Source of the DNA: an uncultured archaeon
GTDB taxonomy: Archaea; Thermoplasmatota; Penumbrarchaeia; JASLWR01
Assembly (NCBI GenBank): GCA_964342815.1
Contig: CAYFHS010000003.1
Span: 1-64,000 of the forward strand
DNA: 64,000 nucleotides
Direction of reading: 5' to 3'
The position numbers were made by a program, and so were the translations under genes. Positions 26,679-36,200 of the stretch are shown here, piece by piece. Each line of letters begins with the position of its first letter. Within the stretch, counting starts at the first letter, position 1. The notes under the pieces were generated by a model. That model saw only the letters and a list, made by a program, of their open reading frames with translations, searched no databases and was not told the DNA's origin.

Positions 26679-28922
26679 TCAATCCCATTCCATATCTTCC
26701 TCTAAGGGACTTACCTCGATAACCTCTGCGTACTCTACTTTTTTCTTCTTTCCCCCCAATATAAGCCAGAGCACAATGATGGCAATCACCAGTCCCACTA
26801 CTACCATTATTATTGTAATAGTGTTATCCCCCGATTTCGAAGGAACCGATTGTGTCTTTCCAGGTTTTTCATCCACGTATAAGGACAGCTCCCCGTTTCT
26901 GGGATATCTTACTTCGTCGATACCATCGCTGAACTTGAAGTAAAAGATATGATCTCCAGCAGATAAAGTACCGCTTTTTGTGAAAACCACGCCTCCGATA
27001 TAGTCATTTCCGGCCTCCGTCATATCATATTCATTGCCGTCGATCACTACTTTGAATATCTGCGGAGCTTGGTCGTCCTCATCGAGATAGGTGATGGAAA
27101 AGCTAAACTTGGTCTCTTCATCACCGGTTTCCGGCTCAATATCCCAATACTTCAACCTCGGCACCCGATTTTCCACTATCTCTATTACCGGTCCCTTGAA
27201 GGTACCCGTCACCGGGAGGCGTACCGTTGTAATACCATCGCTGCATTCGAAATGGTATTCGTGGGATCCTTCCAAAAGTGATCGGGAATAAATAAAATTC
27301 TTACCCTCCGACCAGGTCCCGTTTCCAGGCGTCATAAGATATTCCAGCTCATCGATGAATACCTTGCAGAATTGGGCCGGATCGCCTTCCGGGTCCCGGT
27401 AATCCACCGTGAATGAAAAATCGGTGGAAAGGTCCCCTTCCTCCGGCTTCACCTTGGGCATGGATAGCTCAGGAGGATAATTATCCGGGTCCACTATGGG
27501 GCCTGAAATGATGCTGGAGTCCGGAAAACGGGACGTGCTTTCCCCGTCATCGGCGAAAAAATAGTAATGGTGATTGCCAGAGCTAAGATTGCTTGAAAAT
27601 TCCAGCTTGACCTCCTCTTTCCAATCCGGAACAGAAGGAAGTTCAATAGAAAAATCCTCTCCATCGATGTATACGCTCGCAGCCGTGGGTGCATCTCCCT
27701 CGATATCGGAATAATACACTAAATAGGAAAAAACAGTATCGGTGGTCCCGCTGGACGGTGTAACCTTCCCGTTTGTAAGAATGGGAGGATCGTTCACCGA
27801 GATAACCGTGATGTTCAATGTTGACGTGGCGTTTATTTCGCTTATGCCGTCGCTGGCAGAGAACGTCACAGAATCGGTCCCGTACCAGTTCAGAGGCGGG
27901 GTCAGGTTGACCATTCCCGCATCTATGGTAACCGAAACATGGGTTGGTTCATCATGTGAAAAAATGAGAGGATCGTCATTAGGATCTGAAAAATAACTAT
28001 TGAGATCAATGGTTTCATCAGGGATGTCTTCCTGCATCGTCAGATCATCCATTGGGGTAGTGAGCAGAGGAGGCTCGTTATGGGCCCATCGGGTAAGTTC
28101 CCTCTCGCCCTTCAACACGGGAGCCCGTACACCTTCGGATTCCCACTCCTCTTCTTTAACGATGTATGAAACCTCGGGGGAATACCAGTAGGAGGTATAA
28201 TTCTGCACGTTATTTTTATCGCTTCTCCAGACTGAATAGGTGAAGAACGTACCCAGGCTTATGTTTATATTCTCTTCCTCACGGACCCGGAATATAAAAG
28301 AGAGGTCTTCTTCATCCATTTCTATGTCGGGATTGTCGTCGGTGGTTGTGGTTGTATGCCGCGTATAGTGGGTATCAAATTCCCACCATTTGCCCTTTTC
28401 AAGCGGGAACTTGAAGTCCATGCGGGGCGGTTGATATGTTTCTACAACATCCTCCTTCCTGGTTATCGATGGATTATCGATCTGAGTCGTTGTTTCTTTT
28501 TCGGTCTTGATTAGTGCAAGATCGGCTGTTCTCAGAAAATAATAACCCGAAAAGTCGATGGACCCGGTGTAGTCCCCCGAATCTAATGTTCCATGACCGC
28601 TCAGGGATATTCGATATGCTTCATACTCAAATCCGCCTAAGTTTAGATCCTGAATAGCCTCTACGGCCTGTGTTTCGGTTCCCTGGAACGTTGTTCCTTG
28701 ATCATTTTCATATTCATAATCATATGTCCAGCTCATGGAAACATCCAACGTGGGGACTGATGCCGCACGGGTATCGGAGGCGCGGGTCGGGGAGGGAATA
28801 CCAATCCTGACGTTATTATCGTGATCTGGTATCGACAGGACCGTCATCAGCGGTCCGATAATCAAGAGTATTGATACGATGGTCACTAGTTCCCGCGTAT
28901 CTTTTTTACTCATTGCACACAT
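26679..28922 (-). CDS. Membrane-anchored surface protein with cadherin/Ig-like domains (~747 aa)
   Basis: N-terminal hydrophobic segment. Cadherin-like NEPP...EDIP...DLNSYFSDPNDDPL...VNDPP. Three repeats of FS[Y/F]xVxYxDxEGDxP....V.IDG. C-terminal TM followed by KKKK. SD GGAGTGA; exact start uncertain (28913-28943). Confidence 0.75.
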   Translation of the reverse strand: MCAMSKKDTRELVTIVSILLIIGPLMTVLSIPDHDNNVRIGIPSPTRASDTRAASVPTLDVSMSWTYDYEYENDQGTTFQGTETQAVEAIQDLNLGGFEYEAYRISLSGHGTLDSGDYTGSIDFSGYYFLRTADLALIKTEKETTTQIDNPSITRKEDVVETYQPPRMDFKFPLEKGKWWEFDTHYTRHTTTTTDDNPDIEMDEEDLSFIFRVREEENINISLGTFFTYSVWRSDKNNVQNYTSYWYSPEVSYIVKEEEWESEGVRAPVLKGERELTRWAHNEPPLLTTPMDDLTMQEDIPDETIDLNSYFSDPNDDPLIFSHDEPTHVSVTIDAGMVNLTPPLNWYGTDSVTFSASDGISEINATSTLNITVISVNDPPILTNGKVTPSSGTTDTVFSYLVYYSDIEGDAPTAASVYIDGEDFSIELPSVPDWKEEVKLEFSSNLSSGNHHYYFFADDGESTSRFPDSSIISGPIVDPDNYPPELSMPKVKPEEGDLSTDFSFTVDYRDPEGDPAQFCKVFIDELEYLMTPGNGTWSEGKNFIYSRSLLEGSHEYHFECSDGITTVRLPVTGTFKGPVIEIVENRVPRLKYWDIEPETGDEETKFSFSITYLDEDDQAPQIFKVVIDGNEYDMTEAGNDYIGGVVFTKSGTLSAGDHIFYFKFSDGIDEVRYPRNGELSLYVDEKPGKTQSVPSKSGDNTITIIMVVVGLVIAIIVLWLILGGKKKKVEYAEVIEVSPLEEDMEWD

Positions 28923-28994
28923 AATCTCATTCACTCCTAACAATGCCTATTAAAATAATAATATGATATATAAACTTGTTCGAACAATAGATTG

Positions 28995-29169
28995 TTCATC
29001 CGCAGGAATCCTCTTCGAAACCAGCCACCGTTTGGTGGCGGAAGAGAAGGGGAAGCATGCGTTTCCGAGGATGAAGCCCGCAGATTTATCCGTAGAAAAC
29101 CCGTCTCGGGTTTTCGAGGATGCAGATGCATCTTTTGATGCATCGGAACGTATGTGGGCATCTGTGGGT
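28995..29169 (+). ncRNA. Candidate structured non-coding RNA, family not recognised
   Basis: Nested stems: TTCATCC/GGATGAA, CTCTTC/GAAGAG, GCCACC/GGTGGC, GCCCGCAGAT/ATCTGTGGGT, GAAAACCCG/CGGGTTTTC, GATGCATC/GATGCATC. G-U pairs favour the + strand. TATATAAA at 28967-28974 lies ~25 nt upstream. Confidence 0.5.
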
Positions 29170-29235
29170 GATTCATCGGTTGGTTCTCCTTTCCTGTGTG
29201 ACTGTCGATATTAATTCTTTGGGTTACGTTTAAAC

Positions 29236-29331
29236 TTGTCGGCAGTTTGCCGACAAAGGGGGCAATGCCCCATATTTGTTGTTATTTTGTTATTTTAATT
29301 CGGGCCTGCGTGGCTTTTTTGCCGCAGGCCC
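29236..29331. other. Cluster of three GC-rich hairpins with T-rich spacers (terminator-like or RNA 3-prime domain)
   Basis: TTGTCGGCA-GTT-TGCCGACAA (29236-29256), GGGGC-AAT-GCCCC (29259-29271), and GGGCCTGCG(T)GGC-T6-GCCGCAGGCCC (29302-29331). Confidence 0.55.
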
Positions 29332-29454
29332 TCAAGATAATATAATATCTGAAATATAATCCCATATTGTACCCGCGGATAAATTAAAATAGAACGTTGC
29401 TATTTTTGTAATATGCCATTACTCCTTGCAGTAAGGTCGAAATGAGGTATCCAA

Positions 29455-31965
29455 TTGATAGTGTTTAACAAAATTCATGTGCGGTTTTTATCACTCTTGG
29501 TTCTTTTCTTTCTTGTTTCTTACGCAATCGCATCAGGCATTCCATTTCGGCAATGGGAAACCGGCACTTCTCTCACTTTACCGGTAGATGAATTTCAAGA
29601 ATCCAGTCCCGGGCGCTCGGATGAATATCATGACGTGAATATTTACCTGAAGGGCGACCTGTCCATGGATACTCAGGCACCCACTAACAACACTGCTTCA
29701 ATTACACGTCTGGCTGACGGCGAATCGGTGGAGTTCGCTACTTCACGTTCACTTTACGGCGACCTCCCGGTAAAGGGAATGACAGATGGTGACAAGAATG
29801 GATTCAAGCTATTTCTACGCACCATCTACGCTGGCAATACCGAATCTTCCGTGACCATAAAGATCTACGACGGCGATATTGAGGTGGCTTCTTCGACCTT
29901 CTTCGACCGGGACCCCTGGCCAGATCAGAAAATAATATTCTACAACAAAGACGTTGCTCCCCAGAATCTATACACTTTCCAGCAGGGAAACCACATTCGA
30001 ATAAAGGTTAACGCTTCAGTGAAGGAAGGTCCTCTGAGCGGGACTGTGGCTATCAGCTACGATGGCCAGAGAGAGCCCACTAACAGCCGCCTATCCCTTT
30101 TTACCAACCAGATCGCCAGCGTAGAACATGATACCTACCGGGACGACGTGAAGACAGAGTCATTCGAGCCGAATCTCCCCGACGGCAAACGGTACCTTGA
30201 TGTAAATGGTGAGATAGAGGATATAATGGGGGATTACGACATCTCATCTGTAGATATCCTCGTATACGACCCGGAGATGAACGAGGTGGGAAACGCCTCC
30301 GCAGAGCTGGACCGGGGAACCGAGGATGCAGCAGTGTCATTTCGTGCTAGATGGGAATACGACAGCGGTAATCCGGCAGGGCGATATACCATCAAGGTCA
30401 CTATTACAGATAACAGCATGAACGAAATGAATTCCACTTTGCAGTTCGACATGGCGAATTACGGGGTTATGATCACCAGCAGTGAATATGAAAAATCGGG
30501 AATGGCTGACAGTCATATCACTTTCACCATCACTGTGAGGAACACCGGCGGTCTGGACGATACTTATGCATTCGACTGCACGGTCTACCCATCTTTCTGG
30601 GATTGCACAATGGAGGACGGGGTGAGTGTTTCAGCAGGATCTGAAGTTCAGACAGAGTTACGGATAAAGGTTCCTTCCAATTCCAACGAGGGGGATCTTG
30701 CCACTGTTGAACTTTCCGCCGTCTCCGAAAGCGAGCCCGGTATAAGTGGAACACTTCCGGAACCGATAACGGTAACTGCCATCACCGAGTACATGTTCAC
30801 GGTGGAATTGAATGACGAGGCGGAACAGGCTGTGGATAACGGAAAAACTGTTTTGTACGGGTTCACCGTATCCAACGTCGGCGATAAGGATGATTCCATT
30901 ATAATGGAAGTGCCCCAAGCAGAGGTCGACTGGAATGTAGAGGTATCGGGAGACGTCGTACGGACTTCCCCCGAAGGAATTTATCCGGAAAGTTATCAGG
31001 TGGAGATGGAGAAAAACGATGAAAAGGAGCTGACCGTGGAGATAACTGCACCGGAGACACCTACCAACAACGTCCGTAATGTTCTTGATATCGTATTCAC
31101 CTCTGCAAATGAATCCTTGATGAGCTTATCCTTTACATTGATTACGACCACACCCACAAGCATCCAAGAGCAATTGGTCTTCAAAGAGGGGATTACAGAG
31201 GCCACCAGCGAGTATGACGGGAGCACGAAGACATTTGAAACCGTATCCTTCAAAATAGTTATTGAGAATCCGGGAAACAGCGAATGGCGGGTAGACCTCG
31301 ATGTGGAGATAGAGGATGAAGCTTTGGACTGGTTCGTAGAATGGCCGGTCTCTGTCTCCTTACCCCCAAATGCGGAAAAGATGATATCGGTGGAAATAAC
31401 GCCATCATCAGACGCGCTTGCCAGCGATATTGGATTGGAGTTCGTGGTTAATGGAAAGATAAGGGGCAGGGAAGGAGCTTCGGCAGGGGCATCGCGATCA
31501 TTATACGTGAAGGTAGGGCAGTATTTCTCCATTGGATTGAATCTTAAAGGGGACTCTGAAAAAACGGTTCGTAATGATGGTAGCTCGGTATCGTTCCAGG
31601 TAGAAGTGAGAAATACCGGTAACGGCAGGGATACCATATCGCTGAGATCCAAGGACGACAGCGGTTGGAGGATAAGTATATCGGACGAAGAAGTCTCATT
31701 GATGCCAGGAGGCAGAAAGACGATAACGGTCACGGTCACGGCTTCGGATGGGATCAAGGACGGGGATGTAAAAAAGATCATCATTGAGGCGTCCACCGGT
31801 GAGAAAGTGTCCCGACAGGTGAGCTTAAAGGTATATGTGGAGATAGGTCTCAAAGAGCATTTTTCCGAATTGATTAGGGATAAGATAGTCTGGATAATTA
31901 TGGCAATGTTCCTGGTTGTGGTCTATCTGTTTATCAGGACCATGAGAACGCTTGGAAAAAGATAA
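29455..31965 (+). CDS. Membrane-anchored surface protein with tandem CARDB/NEW3-like Ig domains (836 aa)
   Basis: Signal peptide. Repeats of FxxxVxNxGxxxDx[Y/I]...WxxxxxxxxVSLxxGxxxxxxVx[I/V]. C-terminal TM IVWIIMAMFLVVVYLFI. TTG/GTG start behind GAGGT. Confidence 0.75.
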   Translation: MIVFNKIHVRFLSLLVLFFLVSYAIASGIPFRQWETGTSLTLPVDEFQESSPGRSDEYHDVNIYLKGDLSMDTQAPTNNTASITRLADGESVEFATSRSLYGDLPVKGMTDGDKNGFKLFLRTIYAGNTESSVTIKIYDGDIEVASSTFFDRDPWPDQKIIFYNKDVAPQNLYTFQQGNHIRIKVNASVKEGPLSGTVAISYDGQREPTNSRLSLFTNQIASVEHDTYRDDVKTESFEPNLPDGKRYLDVNGEIEDIMGDYDISSVDILVYDPEMNEVGNASAELDRGTEDAAVSFRARWEYDSGNPAGRYTIKVTITDNSMNEMNSTLQFDMANYGVMITSSEYEKSGMADSHITFTITVRNTGGLDDTYAFDCTVYPSFWDCTMEDGVSVSAGSEVQTELRIKVPSNSNEGDLATVELSAVSESEPGISGTLPEPITVTAITEYMFTVELNDEAEQAVDNGKTVLYGFTVSNVGDKDDSIIMEVPQAEVDWNVEVSGDVVRTSPEGIYPESYQVEMEKNDEKELTVEITAPETPTNNVRNVLDIVFTSANESLMSLSFTLITTTPTSIQEQLVFKEGITEATSEYDGSTKTFETVSFKIVIENPGNSEWRVDLDVEIEDEALDWFVEWPVSVSLPPNAEKMISVEITPSSDALASDIGLEFVVNGKIRGREGASAGASRSLYVKVGQYFSIGLNLKGDSEKTVRNDGSSVSFQVEVRNTGNGRDTISLRSKDDSGWRISISDEEVSLMPGGRKTITVTVTASDGIKDGDVKKIIIEASTGEKVSRQVSLKVYVEIGLKEHFSELIRDKIVWIIMAMFLVVVYLFIRTMRTLGKR

Positions 31966-32032
31966 ATTGCCAACGCCATCCACTTTTCACACCACTATTG
32001 ACCGGAATTAATTACGATTAACTTTTAAACTT

Positions 32033-32755
32033 ATGGAAGGAACGAGCATGGACGCCGGTAGTGTGATCCAATATATCTTATCGGGTAATAATGAATTCGT
32101 CGAGTCACGCTGCGGGGATTATTTCCTTCAGCACATGAATGGACAAAATCCTTTCATCACGCTCATTAGCTGTTCGGATTCCAGGGTGCAGCCAAGCGTC
32201 CTACTTCCCGATGCCGTGGACAAAATATTCGCCATTGAAAACATCGGTAACCAGATATCCACGGCAGAAGGGTCTGTCGATTACGGCATATATCATCTCA
32301 AAACCCCCGTACTGCTTGTACTTGGTCATTCCGACTGCGGGGCGGTAAAAGCAGTTATGGCGGGATACGGGGAAGAACCGAGGCCGATAAAGGACGAACT
32401 TGACCGCCTGAAGCAGGCCATTTCACTTGTGAGGTCACCACCTGACAAGTTAGGCGAGCCATCAGGGTCGCCTTTACCAACGGATATGGAAAGCTATCCC
32501 CGAAAGATGCTTCTGAACAATATTATTAAGAACGTGGACTACCAGGTTGGAGTCGGAATTGAAAAATACGGCGAGCTCGTGCGCGACGGAAGCCTGACGG
32601 TAGTGGGGGCGTTCTACGATTTCAGGAACGAACTTGGTGAAGGATACGGGCGGTTGATCATCATCAATGTCAACGGAGAGACCGATAGCAGCAAGATCGA
32701 AAGCTCACCGGTGTTTGCCGATCCGGAAAATGATCTCATTTTCCAAGTAGTCTGA
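32033..32755 (+). CDS. Beta-class carbonic anhydrase
   Basis: Zn-ligand motifs LISCSDSRV and VLGHSDCGAV, plus IENIGNQ and VGAFYD. Confidence 0.9.
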   Translation: MEGTSMDAGSVIQYILSGNNEFVESRCGDYFLQHMNGQNPFITLISCSDSRVQPSVLLPDAVDKIFAIENIGNQISTAEGSVDYGIYHLKTPVLLVLGHSDCGAVKAVMAGYGEEPRPIKDELDRLKQAISLVRSPPDKLGEPSGSPLPTDMESYPRKMLLNNIIKNVDYQVGVGIEKYGELVRDGSLTVVGAFYDFRNELGEGYGRLIIINVNGETDSSKIESSPVFADPENDLIFQVV

Positions 32756-32790
32756 TGAATTAATAATTAAAAAAGGATGCGAGATGCACA

Positions 32791-33210
32791 ATGAACCTTG
32801 TTGAGACCGAGAACGCGCCCCAATGCAAGATAGAAACGGCGGTGGAATACGCCAGGAAAAGAAAGAGGCTGCATCGGAACTGCGAGCGCTGTTATTTCAT
32901 ACACATTTATCTGGATCGAAATAATCGGAGCATCCGAGAGCTGAAAAGATTTCTCGGCGAAAGAAATTTCAAGGCCGATTTTTCGCACAAACCCATTGTT
33001 TCTATCAGGTGCGACGAGCTGGAGCTGGACGAGCTGTACAACGAGTATCTTCTGTGCACTGAAGAACCCTACTCGGTACACTGCAAGATAATATGGAAAG
33101 TGGCCTGTCCCCGCCTGAGAAAGGAATGTCCGAGACTGTTCAGGTCACAACAGGATCTATCCTACGAGACTGAAACGGGATCGGTTGCACAGCTGGAAGA
33201 ATTTTTGTAG
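32791..33210 (+). CDS. Hypothetical Cys-rich protein (139 aa)
   Basis: ATG start 36 bp after the carbonic anhydrase stop, filling the gap before the convergent giant gene. Eight Cys including CERC and C-x6-C. No family recognised. Confidence 0.45.
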   Translation: MNLVETENAPQCKIETAVEYARKRKRLHRNCERCYFIHIYLDRNNRSIRELKRFLGERNFKADFSHKPIVSIRCDELELDELYNEYLLCTEEPYSVHCKIIWKVACPRLRKECPRLFRSQQDLSYETETGSVAQLEEFL

Positions 33211-33289
33211 TAAATATCATAGAATTCAACAATAAGATTGCATTTCACCAATGGAAATCAGCATATCGACTTGGGACTATTTCCACGCC

Positions 33290-36200
33290 CTACAAACTCT
33301 TAATAACCGCCTTCGATTTACAGTACGGGCATACCGCCACCGCCGGGGTTTTGGCGATCTTTGCCACATAGCTTTTAGAGCATTTCGGGCAGGTAAGTTT
33401 TACCTTCTTGGGTTTCGGGGCCTCCTCCGCTGCCGGCTCGGGAGCTGGTTCTTCCGGGGCCTCCGGCGCTATCTCTTCCGCGTCCTCGAGACCCTCCTTC
33501 AGCTCGGTGGCCATCTTGATGGCCTTTTCGAACTGACCCTTCTTGTACAGTTTCGTCGCATCTGATAGAAGTCCCTGAGCCGTCTTCACGATCCCTGGAT
33601 CGATCTTGTCCTTTCTGTCGTTGAAGGTAAACACCGCGTCCTCGAGAACCATCTTCGCTATGGACATGCGCCGCACGTTGATCTTCTTCTTCATTTTCTT
33701 CATCAAGCCTTCAAGAAGCGCCTTCGCATCCTCGAACTCCTCGTTTTCCACCATGCCCCCCACCTTCTGAAGCTCTTCGAGCTCTGCAGCCACGTCCGCT
33801 GCGATTCCCTCTGCAGTTTCCCCGTATTTGATTGCTTCCTGTTGCAGCTCGTCCACCTCGTCCCGGATCTTCATCTTGGCCTTCAGATCGTCTATGGTCC
33901 CTTTGAACAGTTCGTGTTTCTCTTCCATCAGGTCGAATTCTTCGGCATGGAAATGGTCCCGGATCTCGTCCACCGCATTGACTATCATTTCTTTGTACTG
34001 ATCGCTGAACAGATCATTCGACTCCAGTTCATCCAGGAAATCCTCCAGTTCATCCAGCAGGTCCCGGAGAACATCCTTTCTCCTATGGCCCCATATGGCG
34101 CGAACGCTAACCCTCAAGCGGCTGCTTTTATCGTGGGCACTTACGTAATCTTCGTCATCCATGGCATTCAATATCTCCGAGAACAGTTCCTCCTCTTCGT
34201 TCACCTCGACTCCCTTCTCCCGCAGCCGATCCATTATCCGATCGATCTCCTTGATGTTCTCCTTGGCCTCTGGTTTTATCTTGTCCTCGAAAAGACTGCT
34301 TACGAAAGCTTCCAGCTCCTTCATGGTAGCCTCCAATTCGTCCATGGATTCATCCTCGAGCTGTTCTTTGGCAGCCGTAACCAGCTCGGTACCGGTGGAA
34401 ACATCGATATCAAGTTTAGTAATGGATGAAAGCTGCGTTTCCATGTCGTTGATCCCTATGGTGTGCTTTTCGATTGCCCACTGTTTTTCGTATTCACCCT
34501 TCATATCGTAGTACGCCTCGATCTTGCGCTCCATCTCTTCGGCGTCTCCTTCCGTGCTTGCGTTCAGTGCTTCGTCCAGAAGCGATTCCAGCTCATCGTA
34601 ATCACCAATGGCGGTCATCTTGTACTCGTTGAAATCCGCAAAGGCCAGCTCCAGCTTCGAGGTGGCCTTTTCTTTTTTCTGGATGCCTATCTTCTCCTCT
34701 ATAGCAGCTCTGAGGGGTTCTATCAGTTTCATAGCACCGAGATACCGGCCCTCCTGATTCAGCGTCTCAATGGAAATGAGGCTCATGGATTCATCCTCCA
34801 TATCCGCCCCTTCCTCCTCTGCTGCCTCGATAAGCCCGGACATCTCACGAATGTGCTGGGGAATTACCTCGATGAGCTTTACCTCGATCTGCTCTTTCAC
34901 CTGGGCGTTGAGCTTCTCCGTAAGCTCCATGGCATCTGCAAGACGCCTGCTCTCCAAATAACGCTCGGCCCGGCTTATCCCGTCTTCCATGACGCCTATG
35001 TCGATGCCCAGTTCACCGCAGTCCACCATCAGCATCTCAGTGTTCCGCAGCATTATCCGTATTTTCCCCTCATCCACACCCTCCCGCTTTTCCCGAGCCG
35101 ATCCTATTGCCCTCTTCGCAAGATCGTCCGCTATGACGTAATTTCCATCCTGGAAAGCCGAGATGGCCTTGAAAATATAGGCTTCGATCTCGAATATGTC
35201 GAATCCCATCTCTTTGGTCGACTCCAGTTCCTCTTTCGCCCTGGTGATATTGGCTTCCACTTCCCCAATGGCCCTATTTTCCCGGTTCTCATCCAGCAAG
35301 GTCTGGATCTCGCCCAGCAGTACCATGCACCCCTCGGGATTCCCTGCGGCCAGATTGTCTTTTGCCCTTCCCATCAATTCCTCGAAAGCTGACATGTCCT
35401 CTATGATTTCCCGGTTCTCTTTCACAACCTGCTCTGTTTCCGATAGAAGGCCCTGCGCCTTTTCCATTAGCAGTTCCCCCACCGTCCCGATCAGACTCTC
35501 ATGCACTTCGAGAAGCGTGGTTATGGCTCCCTCGAGGTCCCCTTCTTCCTTGCGGGTCACAGCTTCCTCGTAACCTTTTTCCTCCTCGCTTACCTCGATT
35601 CCGTTCTCCTTTCCGCGAGCGATGAGATCCCCCGCCTCTTTTACCAGAGACCGGAACTCGTCTTCCAGCTTGATCTTTGCCATCAGCCCCTCGAGTATCT
35701 CCCGGAGATCCCCGAGCTTATCCTCCGCCACCAGGAACTCTCCGCTGTCGAAAAGCTCATGGACCTCTGCCACCTTGCCCCTGATATCCGCCTTGTATTC
35801 CTCTGAGAGATACGGTTTGGTATCCAAAACGCCTATGAACGAGTCGAACTCCTTCAACTGTGAACCGACCCGGGTCTCCGCTCTTGATAGCTTTACTGTG
35901 CGAACCATTTCTTCCATCCGGTTAACTGTAACTACTGTCTCATTGTATTTCCCCTCGTCGAAATGAGCCTGGGCTTTTATCATGTCACCCTCCAGTTCCT
36001 CTGTGTCCATCCCCGCCTCCTCTGCCTCGGCAATGAAATCCATGGCTCTGGTCAGTCTTTCCGTTGCAAGCTCCATGAGGTCTTCCTGCTCAAGTGCAAG
36101 GATCATGGACCTTGCTTCCTCCACGTGCTCGATGCAGCTTATGAACTCCCCTTTCCCGTTCTCCTCCACAGCCTTCTCTACCAGTTCCGCAACCCCGCCG

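Noticed and set aside
28995-29075. SAM-I-like riboswitch (ATC...GAAACC.GCCACC...GGTGGC...GATGA)
   Set aside because: Lacks the conserved AUCxAGAG, GAGGGA/GCCC pseudoknot and GCAAC elements, and no methionine or SAM gene lies downstream.
29087-29122. Kink-turn reading of the GYA/GA loop
   Set aside because: Forcing tandem G.A pairs shifts the register and breaks the perfect 9-bp GAAAACCCG/CGGGTTTTC stem.
28963-29214. 83-aa ORF over the structured region
   Set aside because: ATA start inside the TATA-like element, no SD and no recognisable protein features. The strong nested base-pairing is better explained as RNA structure.
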